Positions 9,794 to 19,565 of a stretch of DNA of 64,000 bases are shown piece by piece (position 1 is the first letter of the stretch; the number at the start of each line of letters is the position of its first letter). Below the pieces are notes generated by a model that was not told the DNA's origin, did not search any database, and worked only from the letters and a program-made list of their open reading frames with translations. This stretch comes from a virus (lineage: Duplodnaviria > Caudoviricetes): IMG/VR virus record IMGVR_UViG_3300015615_000196, positions 192,001 to 256,000 of that record; one strand, given 5' to 3'. The translations under genes and the position numbers were made by a program.

Positions 9794-12127
9794 ATGGCAC
9801 TAAATCCCACAAATACAGGAGCAATCTCATTCAAGAAATTGAGTGGAAAGGCACATACACAACAGAATTTTGCTGTGACGGAAGAAGGCATTGCAACAAA
9901 CGTGCAAATGTCGTATGCAACCGTATTTGCTAATCCAATCGAACCACTTCCAGTGACCAACTCTGGTTTGACTACATTGTATTCAACCAACGGTATTGTC
10001 GAGAGAGTTAAATTCCAAATTGATCTTATTCCAGATACGCAAATTGCTGTCGGTAAGTCTCAAGGTTATAAATTAAAATTACCTTCTGACTATAACACCT
10101 TTGGTGAACTTTATCCTCAATTTTCAGCAGGTACATATTTGTACACAGCACTCGGTAAACTTCAAATCGTACCTGCACTTTATGGTAAATTGAAACCAGA
10201 TGGCTCGACAGAATACGATCCAATTTTGTATCAAACAAACGGTTCAACTGTAATTCCGAAATTTGATCCGATCAACTGGTATATTGATCCATATGATGGT
10301 ATCTTGTTTGTACAAGACCCACCAGCAGGATATGATACAAGTGCAAGTAGACCCGGCTATCTCGAAGCCTTTTTGTATGTAGGTGACTATGTTGATGACT
10401 TGTTGAATATTATGACAACAGGTAGTACTGGTACTACTGGTCTTAATGTGGGTGGTGGTGCAGGTGTGTTCAAAGATAAAGTTGGAAACAATTTAAGATT
10501 TAAATCTCTTGTTGGAAGTGGTGGTATTGCTGTGAGTGCACTAACAAATACAATTGCGCTTTCATTTACTGGTTCAACTGGCGGTGGAACAATTACTGGT
10601 GCAACTAATGGTTTACATGTAACTGGTGCAGGTAAAAAAATTGCATTAGGTGGATCATTAACTGGCGATACACAGATCAACGGAGCAGACACACACTTAT
10701 TATTGTTGGGTGGTAATGGCGTACCGGGAAATTTATTAGGTGGATTCTCGGTTTTCACCACAGGAACAACATCAAACGCACCAATTTATTTTGATTGGCA
10801 AGATGGAAATGATCACATCGCACAATATTTTAGTACCTCTGGTTTTAAAACAATTTCATTTGTAACTGAAAATTTATTATCGGGCGATGCTGCACTTCAA
10901 AATTTTCAAACTAATTCAGTACTTACACAAGTATCGAATCCATCAAACTCTGGACAAACAACGGCAACGTTGTACTATGCGTATAACCAAATTCTTTCTC
11001 AAAATAATTTTTCAAATGAAGAATTTGAATTAACTGTTGGATTTGGCACAAGTCAAAGATTCACAAAGAGCGACAACACAAATAATTTACAGAGTGGTTT
11101 GTTCTTCGACAATGGATTATATGGTGTCTATTTAATGGATGCTAACAATAATACGAATGAAGTCGTTAAAATCAATGCCAAACTTAACAATTTCACTATT
11201 GATGATAGTAGAACTGGTGATACACAGACAGGTATTCAATATGCGTCTGATTACTCAGCAAACTATACTGCAAGATCGTTAGTTGATGCTGCTTTTGTAA
11301 CTGGAATGACTTCTGGTAGTTCGGTTAATGCTGCAAACGGTTTAACGAAAATTGGTAGCACCGTTGTACTTGGTGGTTCATTGACTGGTACAACGATAAT
11401 TGCCAGTGATGGTAGTGCAACTGGACAAGAGATCAAGTTTGGTTATTTTGGCCCCGGTCAAAGATTGGGAAGATATAGTGTCTTCACAACTGGTTCAACT
11501 GGAACACAAGAATGGGACTGGACAAATGGTGATGACAACATCAATTTCACATTATTTGCAGATAGTAAATTCATATCAATGCAATCGTCAGACAATGCAA
11601 ATAGCACGTCAAGTAGTATGTTATTGTCTCAGACATATATTACTGCGGGTGCAAGTAATGCAACTGACTCAACGAGTTTCAGTATGTTACCGAATGCATT
11701 TATTATTCAAGGTACAAATACTGCAACATTCCCCGGTGCTCAATACAATGATGACTACACTGCAAACTTCACTGAGAGATCACTTGTCGATAAAGGATAT
11801 GTTGATTCAGCAATTAGCACAGCATTTGCTGTTGAAAGCATAGACAGCGATTCAGGTGTTGATGTTGACACAAGTAACAAATTAATTCTTGTTGATACAA
11901 GTAGCGGCCCTGTGAATATTACTCTAAGTGAAGGTGCGCCAAGTGGAAGAATTGTAAAAATAAAAGACAAGTATGGGGCGGCAAGCACAAATAATATTGT
12001 GGTTGATGGCGATTCGTTTGGAATTGACAATAACACAACGGCAACAATCAACAGTAATTTGGGTGCATTGGAATTAACTTTTAGTTCTGATGATGCAACT
12101 TGGTATGTAACTGGATTTGTGAACTAA
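9794..12127 (+). CDS. Virion fibre-like protein
   Basis: 777 aa; two NGL...LGGSLTG / RSLVD modules; C-terminal ILVDTSSGPVNITL...IKDKYG fibre-type domain. Confidence 0.65.
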   Translation: MALNPTNTGAISFKKLSGKAHTQQNFAVTEEGIATNVQMSYATVFANPIEPLPVTNSGLTTLYSTNGIVERVKFQIDLIPDTQIAVGKSQGYKLKLPSDYNTFGELYPQFSAGTYLYTALGKLQIVPALYGKLKPDGSTEYDPILYQTNGSTVIPKFDPINWYIDPYDGILFVQDPPAGYDTSASRPGYLEAFLYVGDYVDDLLNIMTTGSTGTTGLNVGGGAGVFKDKVGNNLRFKSLVGSGGIAVSALTNTIALSFTGSTGGGTITGATNGLHVTGAGKKIALGGSLTGDTQINGADTHLLLLGGNGVPGNLLGGFSVFTTGTTSNAPIYFDWQDGNDHIAQYFSTSGFKTISFVTENLLSGDAALQNFQTNSVLTQVSNPSNSGQTTATLYYAYNQILSQNNFSNEEFELTVGFGTSQRFTKSDNTNNLQSGLFFDNGLYGVYLMDANNNTNEVVKINAKLNNFTIDDSRTGDTQTGIQYASDYSANYTARSLVDAAFVTGMTSGSSVNAANGLTKIGSTVVLGGSLTGTTIIASDGSATGQEIKFGYFGPGQRLGRYSVFTTGSTGTQEWDWTNGDDNINFTLFADSKFISMQSSDNANSTSSSMLLSQTYITAGASNATDSTSFSMLPNAFIIQGTNTATFPGAQYNDDYTANFTERSLVDKGYVDSAISTAFAVESIDSDSGVDVDTSNKLILVDTSSGPVNITLSEGAPSGRIVKIKDKYGAASTNNIVVDGDSFGIDNNTTATINSNLGALELTFSSDDATWYVTGFVN

Positions 12128-12135
12128 TTTTCAGC

Positions 12136-12144
12136 GTATTTATA
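12136..12144 (+). promoter_or_regulatory. Putative late promoter GTATTTATA
   Basis: Intergenic copy 15 nt before the 12160 start. Confidence 0.65.
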
Positions 12145-12159
12145 AGAAAAACATAGGAA

Positions 12160-15100
12160 ATGGGTTTCGATACCAAAATAAACCTCAATAATGGAAAATT
12201 TGAACAAGCACCGAGTGACACATTAGCATTTTCGGGTACTAATTACTTTGCCGGAAATATTGATTCAAAAGACGGTTATAAGGTTTCTGGAACCACGCTT
12301 TTTAGTGGAGGTCATGTAATCAGTGCATTTAAAATTGGACAAGATGCTGTTTCCGCAGGTGCAAATAGTATAGCAATTGGTAGATTAGCCACTGCAACTG
12401 GTGATAGTACTATCGCAATAGGTGTTGGTGCATTGGCAATTTCAAGCGATAGCATGAGTATTGGCGATGGTGCAAAATCAAGTGCAAATGGTGGAATTTC
12501 TATTGGAGCCGCAGCCGGAAGTACAACTGGTGTACAGGGAAATCAATCAATATCAATTGGACAAGCAGCGAATAGCGGAAGTGATGATATTGGCACTGCT
12601 TCCATTTCAATGGGTTACTTGTCAAAAGCAGTAAGTCAAGAAGCGATTTCCATTGGTTTTGGTTCATATATAAGTGGAGGTACTGGTGCAGTTGCAATTG
12701 GCAGTGGTGCACAAGCGAGAGCACAATATTCAGTAGCAGTTGGTTATCAAGCAGGTACAGTAACAGGTACTGATGGTGGTGCATCTGTTTCAGTTGGTCG
12801 ATTAGCCAACTATGGTGCATTTAATATTGGTACATGGAGTGTTGCTGTTGGTAATGCAAGTCAGAGCGTTGGAGATAATTCTGTAGCAGTCGGTGTTACA
12901 TCGATTGCAACTGGAACTTCTTCAATAGCAATCGGTAATAATCCACTTGCTGGTGGATTGGAATCAATTGCAGTAGGCCGACAAGTTGTTGCCAAAGGTA
13001 ATAACAGTGTGGCGATGGTCGTATTCAGTAATGTAAGTGCATCAGCCCCTAATTCTGTTGCCATTGGTATTTCATCATCAATCACAGGTAACTCAGTTAG
13101 TTCAATTGCAATTGGTGATACGGCCAGAGTGTTTAATGCAACTGGTGGTATTGCGATTGGTTTGAATTCTAAGATTTCAAATAATGACGGTATCGGAATT
13201 GGTAGAGAAGCAGGTAGTACAACAGGTAATACTGGAACTCAGGCAGTTCACATTGGTTATCGATCAGGTGGTGCTGGTTTAAATAGAGCAATTGGTTCGA
13301 CAACGGTTGCCATTGGTACTGACACAGTAACAGTAGGTGATAACTCTATATCAATTGGTAATAATGCAGGTAACATAACTGGTGTTTTTGGTGAGAGATA
13401 TATCTCTATGGGTCATCAAGCCAACCAAGGAACACAAGTTCAAATTGGTAATGATACAGTTGCCATTGGTACAAATTCTCAAGCAGTAGGTGCTAACACG
13501 ATTACAATTGGTAATTCAGCAGGTGTAACCAGTGGATCAGACTTTGGAAATGCAATCTCAATTGGTTTAAATGCCAATCAAGGTACAGCAGATATTGGTC
13601 AAGATTCAATTGCCATTGGTCGTCAAACTGAGGCAAGCACTACTGAATCAATTGCTATCGGTTCAAATGCAGTTTCAAAAGCAGCAACTGCGGTATCAAT
13701 TGGACGTTATGCAGGTAACAATAGTGGTACGGTAAATATCTCTCATGTTTCTATTGGTGAAAATGCGAATACTGGTACAGCAGGTATTGGTATTGCGGGT
13801 GTTGGTATAGGCAGCAGTGCATTGTCCGTAGGAAATCATTCAATTGCAATTGGATATTTGAGCAAGTCAACTGGTGCAACATCAATTGCAATCGGTAAAC
13901 AAGCATTAGCATACGGACAACAATCAGTATCGATAGGTAACGATGCATCGGCAAATGGTACGTTCGGCATTGCAATGGGTATCACTGCTAATGCAAGTGC
14001 ATCAAGTTCAATAGCAATTGGTAATAGTGCATCGGCAACTGCAAATAATTCAACAGCAGTTGGTGTTGGGGCAGACGTATCAGGTGTTGATTCTGTTGCT
14101 CTCGGTAAAGCAAATGTCTCAGGTTTAAGATCAATTGCAATTGGTACTGGTTCACTTGGTGTAACAACAACATCTGATTTTTCAGTTGTTATTGGTTCAG
14201 ACATTACTTCTCACATTGCAACTAACGGTGTTGCAATCGGTGGTAGCATAATACAGGGCGGTAATAATAGTGTTACAATTGGTATTGGAGCACAAACAAA
14301 TGGAACAAACAGCATTGCAATGGGTAATGGCCCAATTGCAGATGGTGATTACAGCATATCACTTGGTTTCACAAGTTCGGCTACGGGTACAACATCAATA
14401 GCAATTGGAAGACAAGCAATGGCTTTCGGTTTACAATCTGTGGCAGTCGGTAATGATGCCAGAGCAAATGGAACTAATAGTGTTGCAATTGGTATTACAG
14501 CATACGCAAAATCAAACGAATCAGTTGCAATTGGTAGCACGGCTGGTTCCGCTACAGGTACGGTTGGCGTTAATTTTGTCAGCATTGGAAGAAATTCAAA
14601 TTCAGGTACAGGAAATATTGGTCTTGCTTCAATTGCTATTGGTGATACAGCAAGATCAGCAGCAGACAATACGATTGCAATTGGTAATGGCGCAGGATAC
14701 CAATATTCATCATACGGAAGTGGTGCGATTTCAATTGGTTTAGTATCAAATGGTACTAACGCACCAATCGGTGCAAACTCAATTGCTATTGGAACATCAA
14801 CAAATGCAACGACAACATCAAGCATTGCAATTGGCCCTAATGCGATTGCGACTGGTGGTACATCATCATTGGCAATAGGAAATGCAGCCATTGCAAATGC
14901 GGCCAGTGTAATTTCTATCGGTACTGGTGCAGGTAATACTACGGGCACTACGGGTCAATATGCGATTTCAATTGGTCTTTCAAGTAATTCAGTTGATGAC
15001 ATTGGACAAGATTCAATTGCGATTGGTCGTGGTAATAGAACATCGGCATTATCATCAATTGCAATCGGTAGATTCTTATATTCTACAGCAACAGGTGCAA

Positions 15101-15534
15101 TTACGATGGGTAGAACAAACACCCAAGTTATCAACAATCAAGCAGACAGTTTCCAATTGTCATGGGATGGTGATGATGACTTTAAGTTATCAAAAGGAGC
15201 AATTCAAACAACAAACGCAACGACAGCAACATTGCTTTCATATACACTTGCATCTACATCGGTTTACAGTGTTAAAGCAACAGTTGTGGCGAGAGAATCA
15301 ACTGGTGCAGACAGAGCGATGTATGTTATAAAGGCATTGGCGTATAGAGAAGGTGGGGGTGCTGTTATCGAAGGTGGTGCACCATATGTGATAGACAATA
15401 TTGAATCAAGTGGTGCAGGATCGTGGTCTGCAACAGTGGATGCTGGTGGTAATACCATCAGAGTTAGAGTTACAGGTGCAGCATCGACAACAATTAATTG
15501 GCATGTCATTTTAGAATTGACGAAAGTAAGTTAA
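12160..15534 (+). CDS. Fibre/adhesin with YadA-head-like (Hep_Hag) repeats
   Basis: 1124 aa; dozens of ~14-aa SIAIG/SVAIG repeats; no signal peptide or autotransporter anchor. Confidence 0.8.
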   Translation: MGFDTKINLNNGKFEQAPSDTLAFSGTNYFAGNIDSKDGYKVSGTTLFSGGHVISAFKIGQDAVSAGANSIAIGRLATATGDSTIAIGVGALAISSDSMSIGDGAKSSANGGISIGAAAGSTTGVQGNQSISIGQAANSGSDDIGTASISMGYLSKAVSQEAISIGFGSYISGGTGAVAIGSGAQARAQYSVAVGYQAGTVTGTDGGASVSVGRLANYGAFNIGTWSVAVGNASQSVGDNSVAVGVTSIATGTSSIAIGNNPLAGGLESIAVGRQVVAKGNNSVAMVVFSNVSASAPNSVAIGISSSITGNSVSSIAIGDTARVFNATGGIAIGLNSKISNNDGIGIGREAGSTTGNTGTQAVHIGYRSGGAGLNRAIGSTTVAIGTDTVTVGDNSISIGNNAGNITGVFGERYISMGHQANQGTQVQIGNDTVAIGTNSQAVGANTITIGNSAGVTSGSDFGNAISIGLNANQGTADIGQDSIAIGRQTEASTTESIAIGSNAVSKAATAVSIGRYAGNNSGTVNISHVSIGENANTGTAGIGIAGVGIGSSALSVGNHSIAIGYLSKSTGATSIAIGKQALAYGQQSVSIGNDASANGTFGIAMGITANASASSSIAIGNSASATANNSTAVGVGADVSGVDSVALGKANVSGLRSIAIGTGSLGVTTTSDFSVVIGSDITSHIATNGVAIGGSIIQGGNNSVTIGIGAQTNGTNSIAMGNGPIADGDYSISLGFTSSATGTTSIAIGRQAMAFGLQSVAVGNDARANGTNSVAIGITAYAKSNESVAIGSTAGSATGTVGVNFVSIGRNSNSGTGNIGLASIAIGDTARSAADNTIAIGNGAGYQYSSYGSGAISIGLVSNGTNAPIGANSIAIGTSTNATTTSSIAIGPNAIATGGTSSLAIGNAAIANAASVISIGTGAGNTTGTTGQYAISIGLSSNSVDDIGQDSIAIGRGNRTSALSSIAIGRFLYSTATGAITMGRTNTQVINNQADSFQLSWDGDDDFKLSKGAIQTTNATTATLLSYTLASTSVYSVKATVVARESTGADRAMYVIKALAYREGGGAVIEGGAPYVIDNIESSGAGSWSATVDAGGNTIRVRVTGAASTTINWHVILELTKVS

Positions 15535-15538
15535 GAAT

Positions 15539-16984
15539 ATGAGTTTAATACAATTTAACGTACCAACAAATATATCTGGTGGTTCAGGTGGGACAGAAAC
15601 TTTTGCAAGTAATGGTCTTACTAAAATAGGTGACTATGTAACTCTTGGTGGAACCCTAACAGGGGATACCACGATTGATGGCGCAGGTTCAAACAAATTG
15701 AATTTCACTTCAATAAATGGACTTCATATCACGACAACATCAACAGATGGATTTTCTGTGCTTACTCCGGCAGAACAAAGTTTGTTTAGTGGAGGAACAT
15801 TCAAAGTAAATTCGAATGTTAACGGGGTTAGAGCAATTGAAATAATTGCTAAAGGTTCAAGTACTGAAACATTTATCGGTGCAGAAAATGGTCAAGTAAC
15901 ATTTTCATCAACAGGTGGAAGCGTTAATTTAATTGGTTCTGTAGTCAGTGCAAATGCATCAGGACAATTATCAATGAGTGGTGGTGCTGATGGTGTTGTT
16001 ATACAAGGTGGTACTGGTGCACTTGCATTAAGACAAGATGGAAACTATCCAATGGGATTATATAGTTTCAGCAATGGTGCAATGGAAATTTTGGCGACTG
16101 GTGATACGAACATCACAAGTAACAATATGATCATTAACGCCCTAACTGATCTTTTAGTTGAGTCAGAAAATAGCATGACTATCAATGGTTATGGAAATGG
16201 TGGAATAATTGTTAACACCTCAGATGGTGGAATTACAGTACAAACAAATCAACATGATATTTCGGTCAATACTGGTAGTGCATTTATAAATTTATCGTCA
16301 CAAAATCTTGTGAGTTCTGAAACGAGTTTTGTTGTCACGTTAGGTGCATCATCGAATATTTCATTAGAATCGGATCAGGCTTCAATTAATTTCATAACAA
16401 ATACTATTCAGTGGGAGGTCACGAATGGTTCATCAACGTCACAATCAAACATATCACCAACTTCTACAAGTATTCAATGTGGTGATGCATCAATCACATC
16501 GCTTTTAACATTGAGCAACACTGGTTATGATCTTACGTTTGTTGATAATGGTAGTGGTTTTTATAACGCAGTTGAGGCTACAACATCTGATGCGATAAAC
16601 ATAATTGCAACTGATGCTTCATTCAAGGGCATTTTATACAACAATGATTATTCTGGAAATTTTGTTAACAGATCACTTGTTGATAAACAATACGTTGACA
16701 CTGCGGTTTCAGATGAAAGATTGAAACAAAACATTACGGGACTCACTAATTCTCTTAATCGTATCAATGCCCTCAAACCAGTTGAATTTGATTTCATAAA
16801 ATCAAAAGAGCATACTGCTGGTTTTATTGCACAAGACATGGATAAGGTTTTCCCTGAATTGGTAGTAAAAGATGGTGAGTTTTGGAGAATCAAAAATCAA
16901 TTGATCCCATACCTTGTAAAAGCCATTCAGGAATTGAGTGCTAAGGTAGACGATCTACAAAATAAATTGAATCAGACTAAGTAA
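15539..16984 (+). CDS. Tail fibre with C-terminal intramolecular chaperone (peptidase S74)
   Basis: SDERLKQNI...LKPVEF...GFIAQD...PELV...LVKAIQEL followed by a coiled coil. Confidence 0.85.
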   Translation: MSLIQFNVPTNISGGSGGTETFASNGLTKIGDYVTLGGTLTGDTTIDGAGSNKLNFTSINGLHITTTSTDGFSVLTPAEQSLFSGGTFKVNSNVNGVRAIEIIAKGSSTETFIGAENGQVTFSSTGGSVNLIGSVVSANASGQLSMSGGADGVVIQGGTGALALRQDGNYPMGLYSFSNGAMEILATGDTNITSNNMIINALTDLLVESENSMTINGYGNGGIIVNTSDGGITVQTNQHDISVNTGSAFINLSSQNLVSSETSFVVTLGASSNISLESDQASINFITNTIQWEVTNGSSTSQSNISPTSTSIQCGDASITSLLTLSNTGYDLTFVDNGSGFYNAVEATTSDAINIIATDASFKGILYNNDYSGNFVNRSLVDKQYVDTAVSDERLKQNITGLTNSLNRINALKPVEFDFIKSKEHTAGFIAQDMDKVFPELVVKDGEFWRIKNQLIPYLVKAIQELSAKVDDLQNKLNQTK

Positions 16985-16986
16985 AT

Positions 16987-17301
16987 ATGGCATTAAAAAT
17001 AAACAGAGAATTAACCACTAAAGATGGTGGTGTGGTAGCAAGCGGTTCATGTGCCGTATTCAGTACTCAATTTCCAGCAATAGGATACGACTATATTGCC
17101 CGTGTTCAGGTATATCGATCACAAGCAGCAAAAGAAGCAAATGCAACACCTTTGGACGTGGTTGAGTTAACCCAATTGAACTTTAGAAAATCGCTTACTC
17201 TAAGCGATTTTGCAGAATTGACTCCGATAGTGATTCACGACCATGTGAAGGCATTTTTGGAAGATCAACTTGGTTCTGGTACTGTCGAGGTTCTTCTTTA
17301 A
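16987..17301 (+). CDS. Small fibre-associated protein
   Basis: 104 aa ORF coupled to the S74 fibre gene. Confidence 0.6.
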   Translation: MALKINRELTTKDGGVVASGSCAVFSTQFPAIGYDYIARVQVYRSQAAKEANATPLDVVELTQLNFRKSLTLSDFAELTPIVIHDHVKAFLEDQLGSGTVEVLL

Positions 17302-17362
17302 ATTTTAGTGGATAGTTGAGGTAAAATCCCGCTTATTATCGGTGAATAAGTGGGAGAAAAAA

Positions 17363-17376
17363 CTATTTATAAATAG
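17363..17376. promoter_or_regulatory. Palindromic late-motif site CTATTTATAAATAG
   Basis: Perfect 14-bp palindrome carrying TATTTAT on both strands, upstream of 17406. Confidence 0.5.
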
Positions 17377-17405
17377 AATAACCTCAAAATCGCTGAAATT
17401 TTCAC

Positions 17406-17666
17406 ATGCCAGAAAACGACTTCAATAACAACCAAACGAGAGAATACAATCTTCGACTTGGGGATTACCCCCAAAAAATAGACGAAGCCACAGATACTTT
17501 GGTCTATGTGGGCTTTGCTCAAGTTCAGGGTCAAGACCCATCATTAGCACTCTGGAAAATCAAAAAAATCGAAAAAATCGGTAGTGTGTGGGAAATTACT
17601 TATGCCGATGGTGACGAACAGTACGACAACATTTGGAATAACCGTGCATCATTAAACTATAAGTAA
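17406..17666 (+). CDS. Small virion-associated protein, paralog of 25611
   Basis: 86 aa; ends YADGDEQYDNIWNNRASLNYK. Confidence 0.7.
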   Translation: MPENDFNNNQTREYNLRLGDYPQKIDEATDTLVYVGFAQVQGQDPSLALWKIKKIEKIGSVWEITYADGDEQYDNIWNNRASLNYK

Positions 17667-17671
17667 GAGTA

Positions 17672-19552
17672 ATGAGTTTAGTAATTGATAAATTAACAGG
17701 ACAGATTTACCTTTTCGATATTTCTGGTGGGGGTGGAAGTGGTTCCACTGCAACCTACCCGGAGGTAAATCTATTTTCTCAATTACCGAGTGCTGCTGCA
17801 AATAACGGCAAAATCTACGTAGTCCGTCAACCATCGGGTACGTTCATGATCAACCGTAAAGAAGCGGGTCTCTATTATTCTAATGGAGTAGTCTGGACAC
17901 GTTTAGGCGATATTCCTTCATTCTTCAACGATGACAATTTCCAGATTTACGATGGTACTGACAACACCAAACAAGTAAGGTTTCAATTATCTGGTGTTAC
18001 CAGTGGTCAACAACGAGTAGTTACTGTCCGTGATAGTAACGGTACAATGGCATACTTGACTGACTTGAATGCTAAAGTAGACACGTCAGTTTTCGCATTG
18101 TACACGGGCACAACTGCACCGGGACAATTCCTTGGCATTTCCAATTTCAATGTATATAGTGCTGCTACGAACACACGCATCACAAATCTTGAACATGCAA
18201 TTACAGGAGTTACGGGAAGTGATATACATTTTGAGAATGTCGTTTACGTAATGAATAGTGGTAATGATACCACTGGAAATGGTACGATAAACAAACCATA
18301 TGCAACGGTGACGAAAGCAATGACTTCGATCACGGGTGCATCAAATACGAATCGATATGTAATTCAACTTCCAGCAGGAAATCATACCGAAGCATCAATT
18401 GCTTTAAAGCCTTGGGTGTTTATTCGAGGTTTGGGAAATCAACAAACTCGACTTGCCGTATCGACAAATAAAATTGTTCCAGATGCGTCATTTGGTACGA
18501 TGAACGGTAGAAGTGGACTGATTGATCTTTCGTTGAATGGTTCAACAGGAATCAATTTTGATTTACGAACATTGGGCAATTTTAGTTGCGTATTGGACGT
18601 AAATAGATGTTGGGTCAACGGTGAATTTAATTTTTTGGGTAGAATTAGTGGTGCAGATTTTTTGCAGGTTTTCAACACGTTCATGTTTTCAAACCTGAAT
18701 AACATCAATACGAAAGTTGCAGTTGGGAACTCATATGTTGCTGGTGACTTCAATGTAAATCTTTCAGGTTCAACAAGCAATGTTGATGTCGATGTTAATG
18801 CCACAGAATTGTACAGCAATGTCAACATCAAAAGTGATGGAAGTAATACGACCACAGTAAAGTGGAGTGCTTGTTACATTGGGGGCAATCATGTTTACAG
18901 TGGTAACAATATGACCATCACATCTGATGCGGTGTCATTATCACAAACGGATAGTAATATAACAATTGCCGGAGGTGCTGTGTTAAGCCGAATCACTGGT
19001 GCACATGCTGTCTCAGCAGGATACACACCGTCAAATTACACTGCTGCAATTGACACAGTAAAATCTCACTTGACTGGAATTGACGCAAAATTAGGATCGA
19101 TTTCGGTAAGTGGAGGCACAACATATCATGCAATTCAAGTTGTTGATTTAGTTGGTGGAATTGATGTGAATACTATTGCACCTACATCGGTGCAGTGGAC
19201 AAATGTTGAATTTACGGGTAGTTCACTCAATTATACGGGTGCAAGTCGTATTTATATTCAGGCGACCGGGAATTATGAAATAACCTACAATTTGGTGCTT
19301 AAAAACGGGAATAATACCTCGAAAACCATTGGTAGTGTTATCAAAATGAACGGTACGACAAACGTAACTCCTTTGAGCGTTGCCACTTATATCGATAGTG
19401 GAACTTCGATCACGGGAAGTAATAACATTGCAAATTACAAGAAAACATTTAATGCTGGTGATTACATAGAATTACAAGCATTTAGAATTGGTGGTACTGG
19501 TTCAGCAGAAACTATTCCAGAAGCATCATTCATAAGAGTAGTAAGGATTTAA
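17672..19552 (+). CDS. Fibre/spike protein with beta-helix-like centre and C1q/BclA-like C-terminus
   Basis: YVMNSGNDTTGNGTINKPYATVTKA beta-helix-start motif; IYIQATGNYEITY...FNAGDYIEL C-terminus. Confidence 0.6.
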   Translation: MSLVIDKLTGQIYLFDISGGGGSGSTATYPEVNLFSQLPSAAANNGKIYVVRQPSGTFMINRKEAGLYYSNGVVWTRLGDIPSFFNDDNFQIYDGTDNTKQVRFQLSGVTSGQQRVVTVRDSNGTMAYLTDLNAKVDTSVFALYTGTTAPGQFLGISNFNVYSAATNTRITNLEHAITGVTGSDIHFENVVYVMNSGNDTTGNGTINKPYATVTKAMTSITGASNTNRYVIQLPAGNHTEASIALKPWVFIRGLGNQQTRLAVSTNKIVPDASFGTMNGRSGLIDLSLNGSTGINFDLRTLGNFSCVLDVNRCWVNGEFNFLGRISGADFLQVFNTFMFSNLNNINTKVAVGNSYVAGDFNVNLSGSTSNVDVDVNATELYSNVNIKSDGSNTTTVKWSACYIGGNHVYSGNNMTITSDAVSLSQTDSNITIAGGAVLSRITGAHAVSAGYTPSNYTAAIDTVKSHLTGIDAKLGSISVSGGTTYHAIQVVDLVGGIDVNTIAPTSVQWTNVEFTGSSLNYTGASRIYIQATGNYEITYNLVLKNGNNTSKTIGSVIKMNGTTNVTPLSVATYIDSGTSITGSNNIANYKKTFNAGDYIELQAFRIGGTGSAETIPEASFIRVVRI

Positions 19553-19565
19553 ACAAAACACGCAC

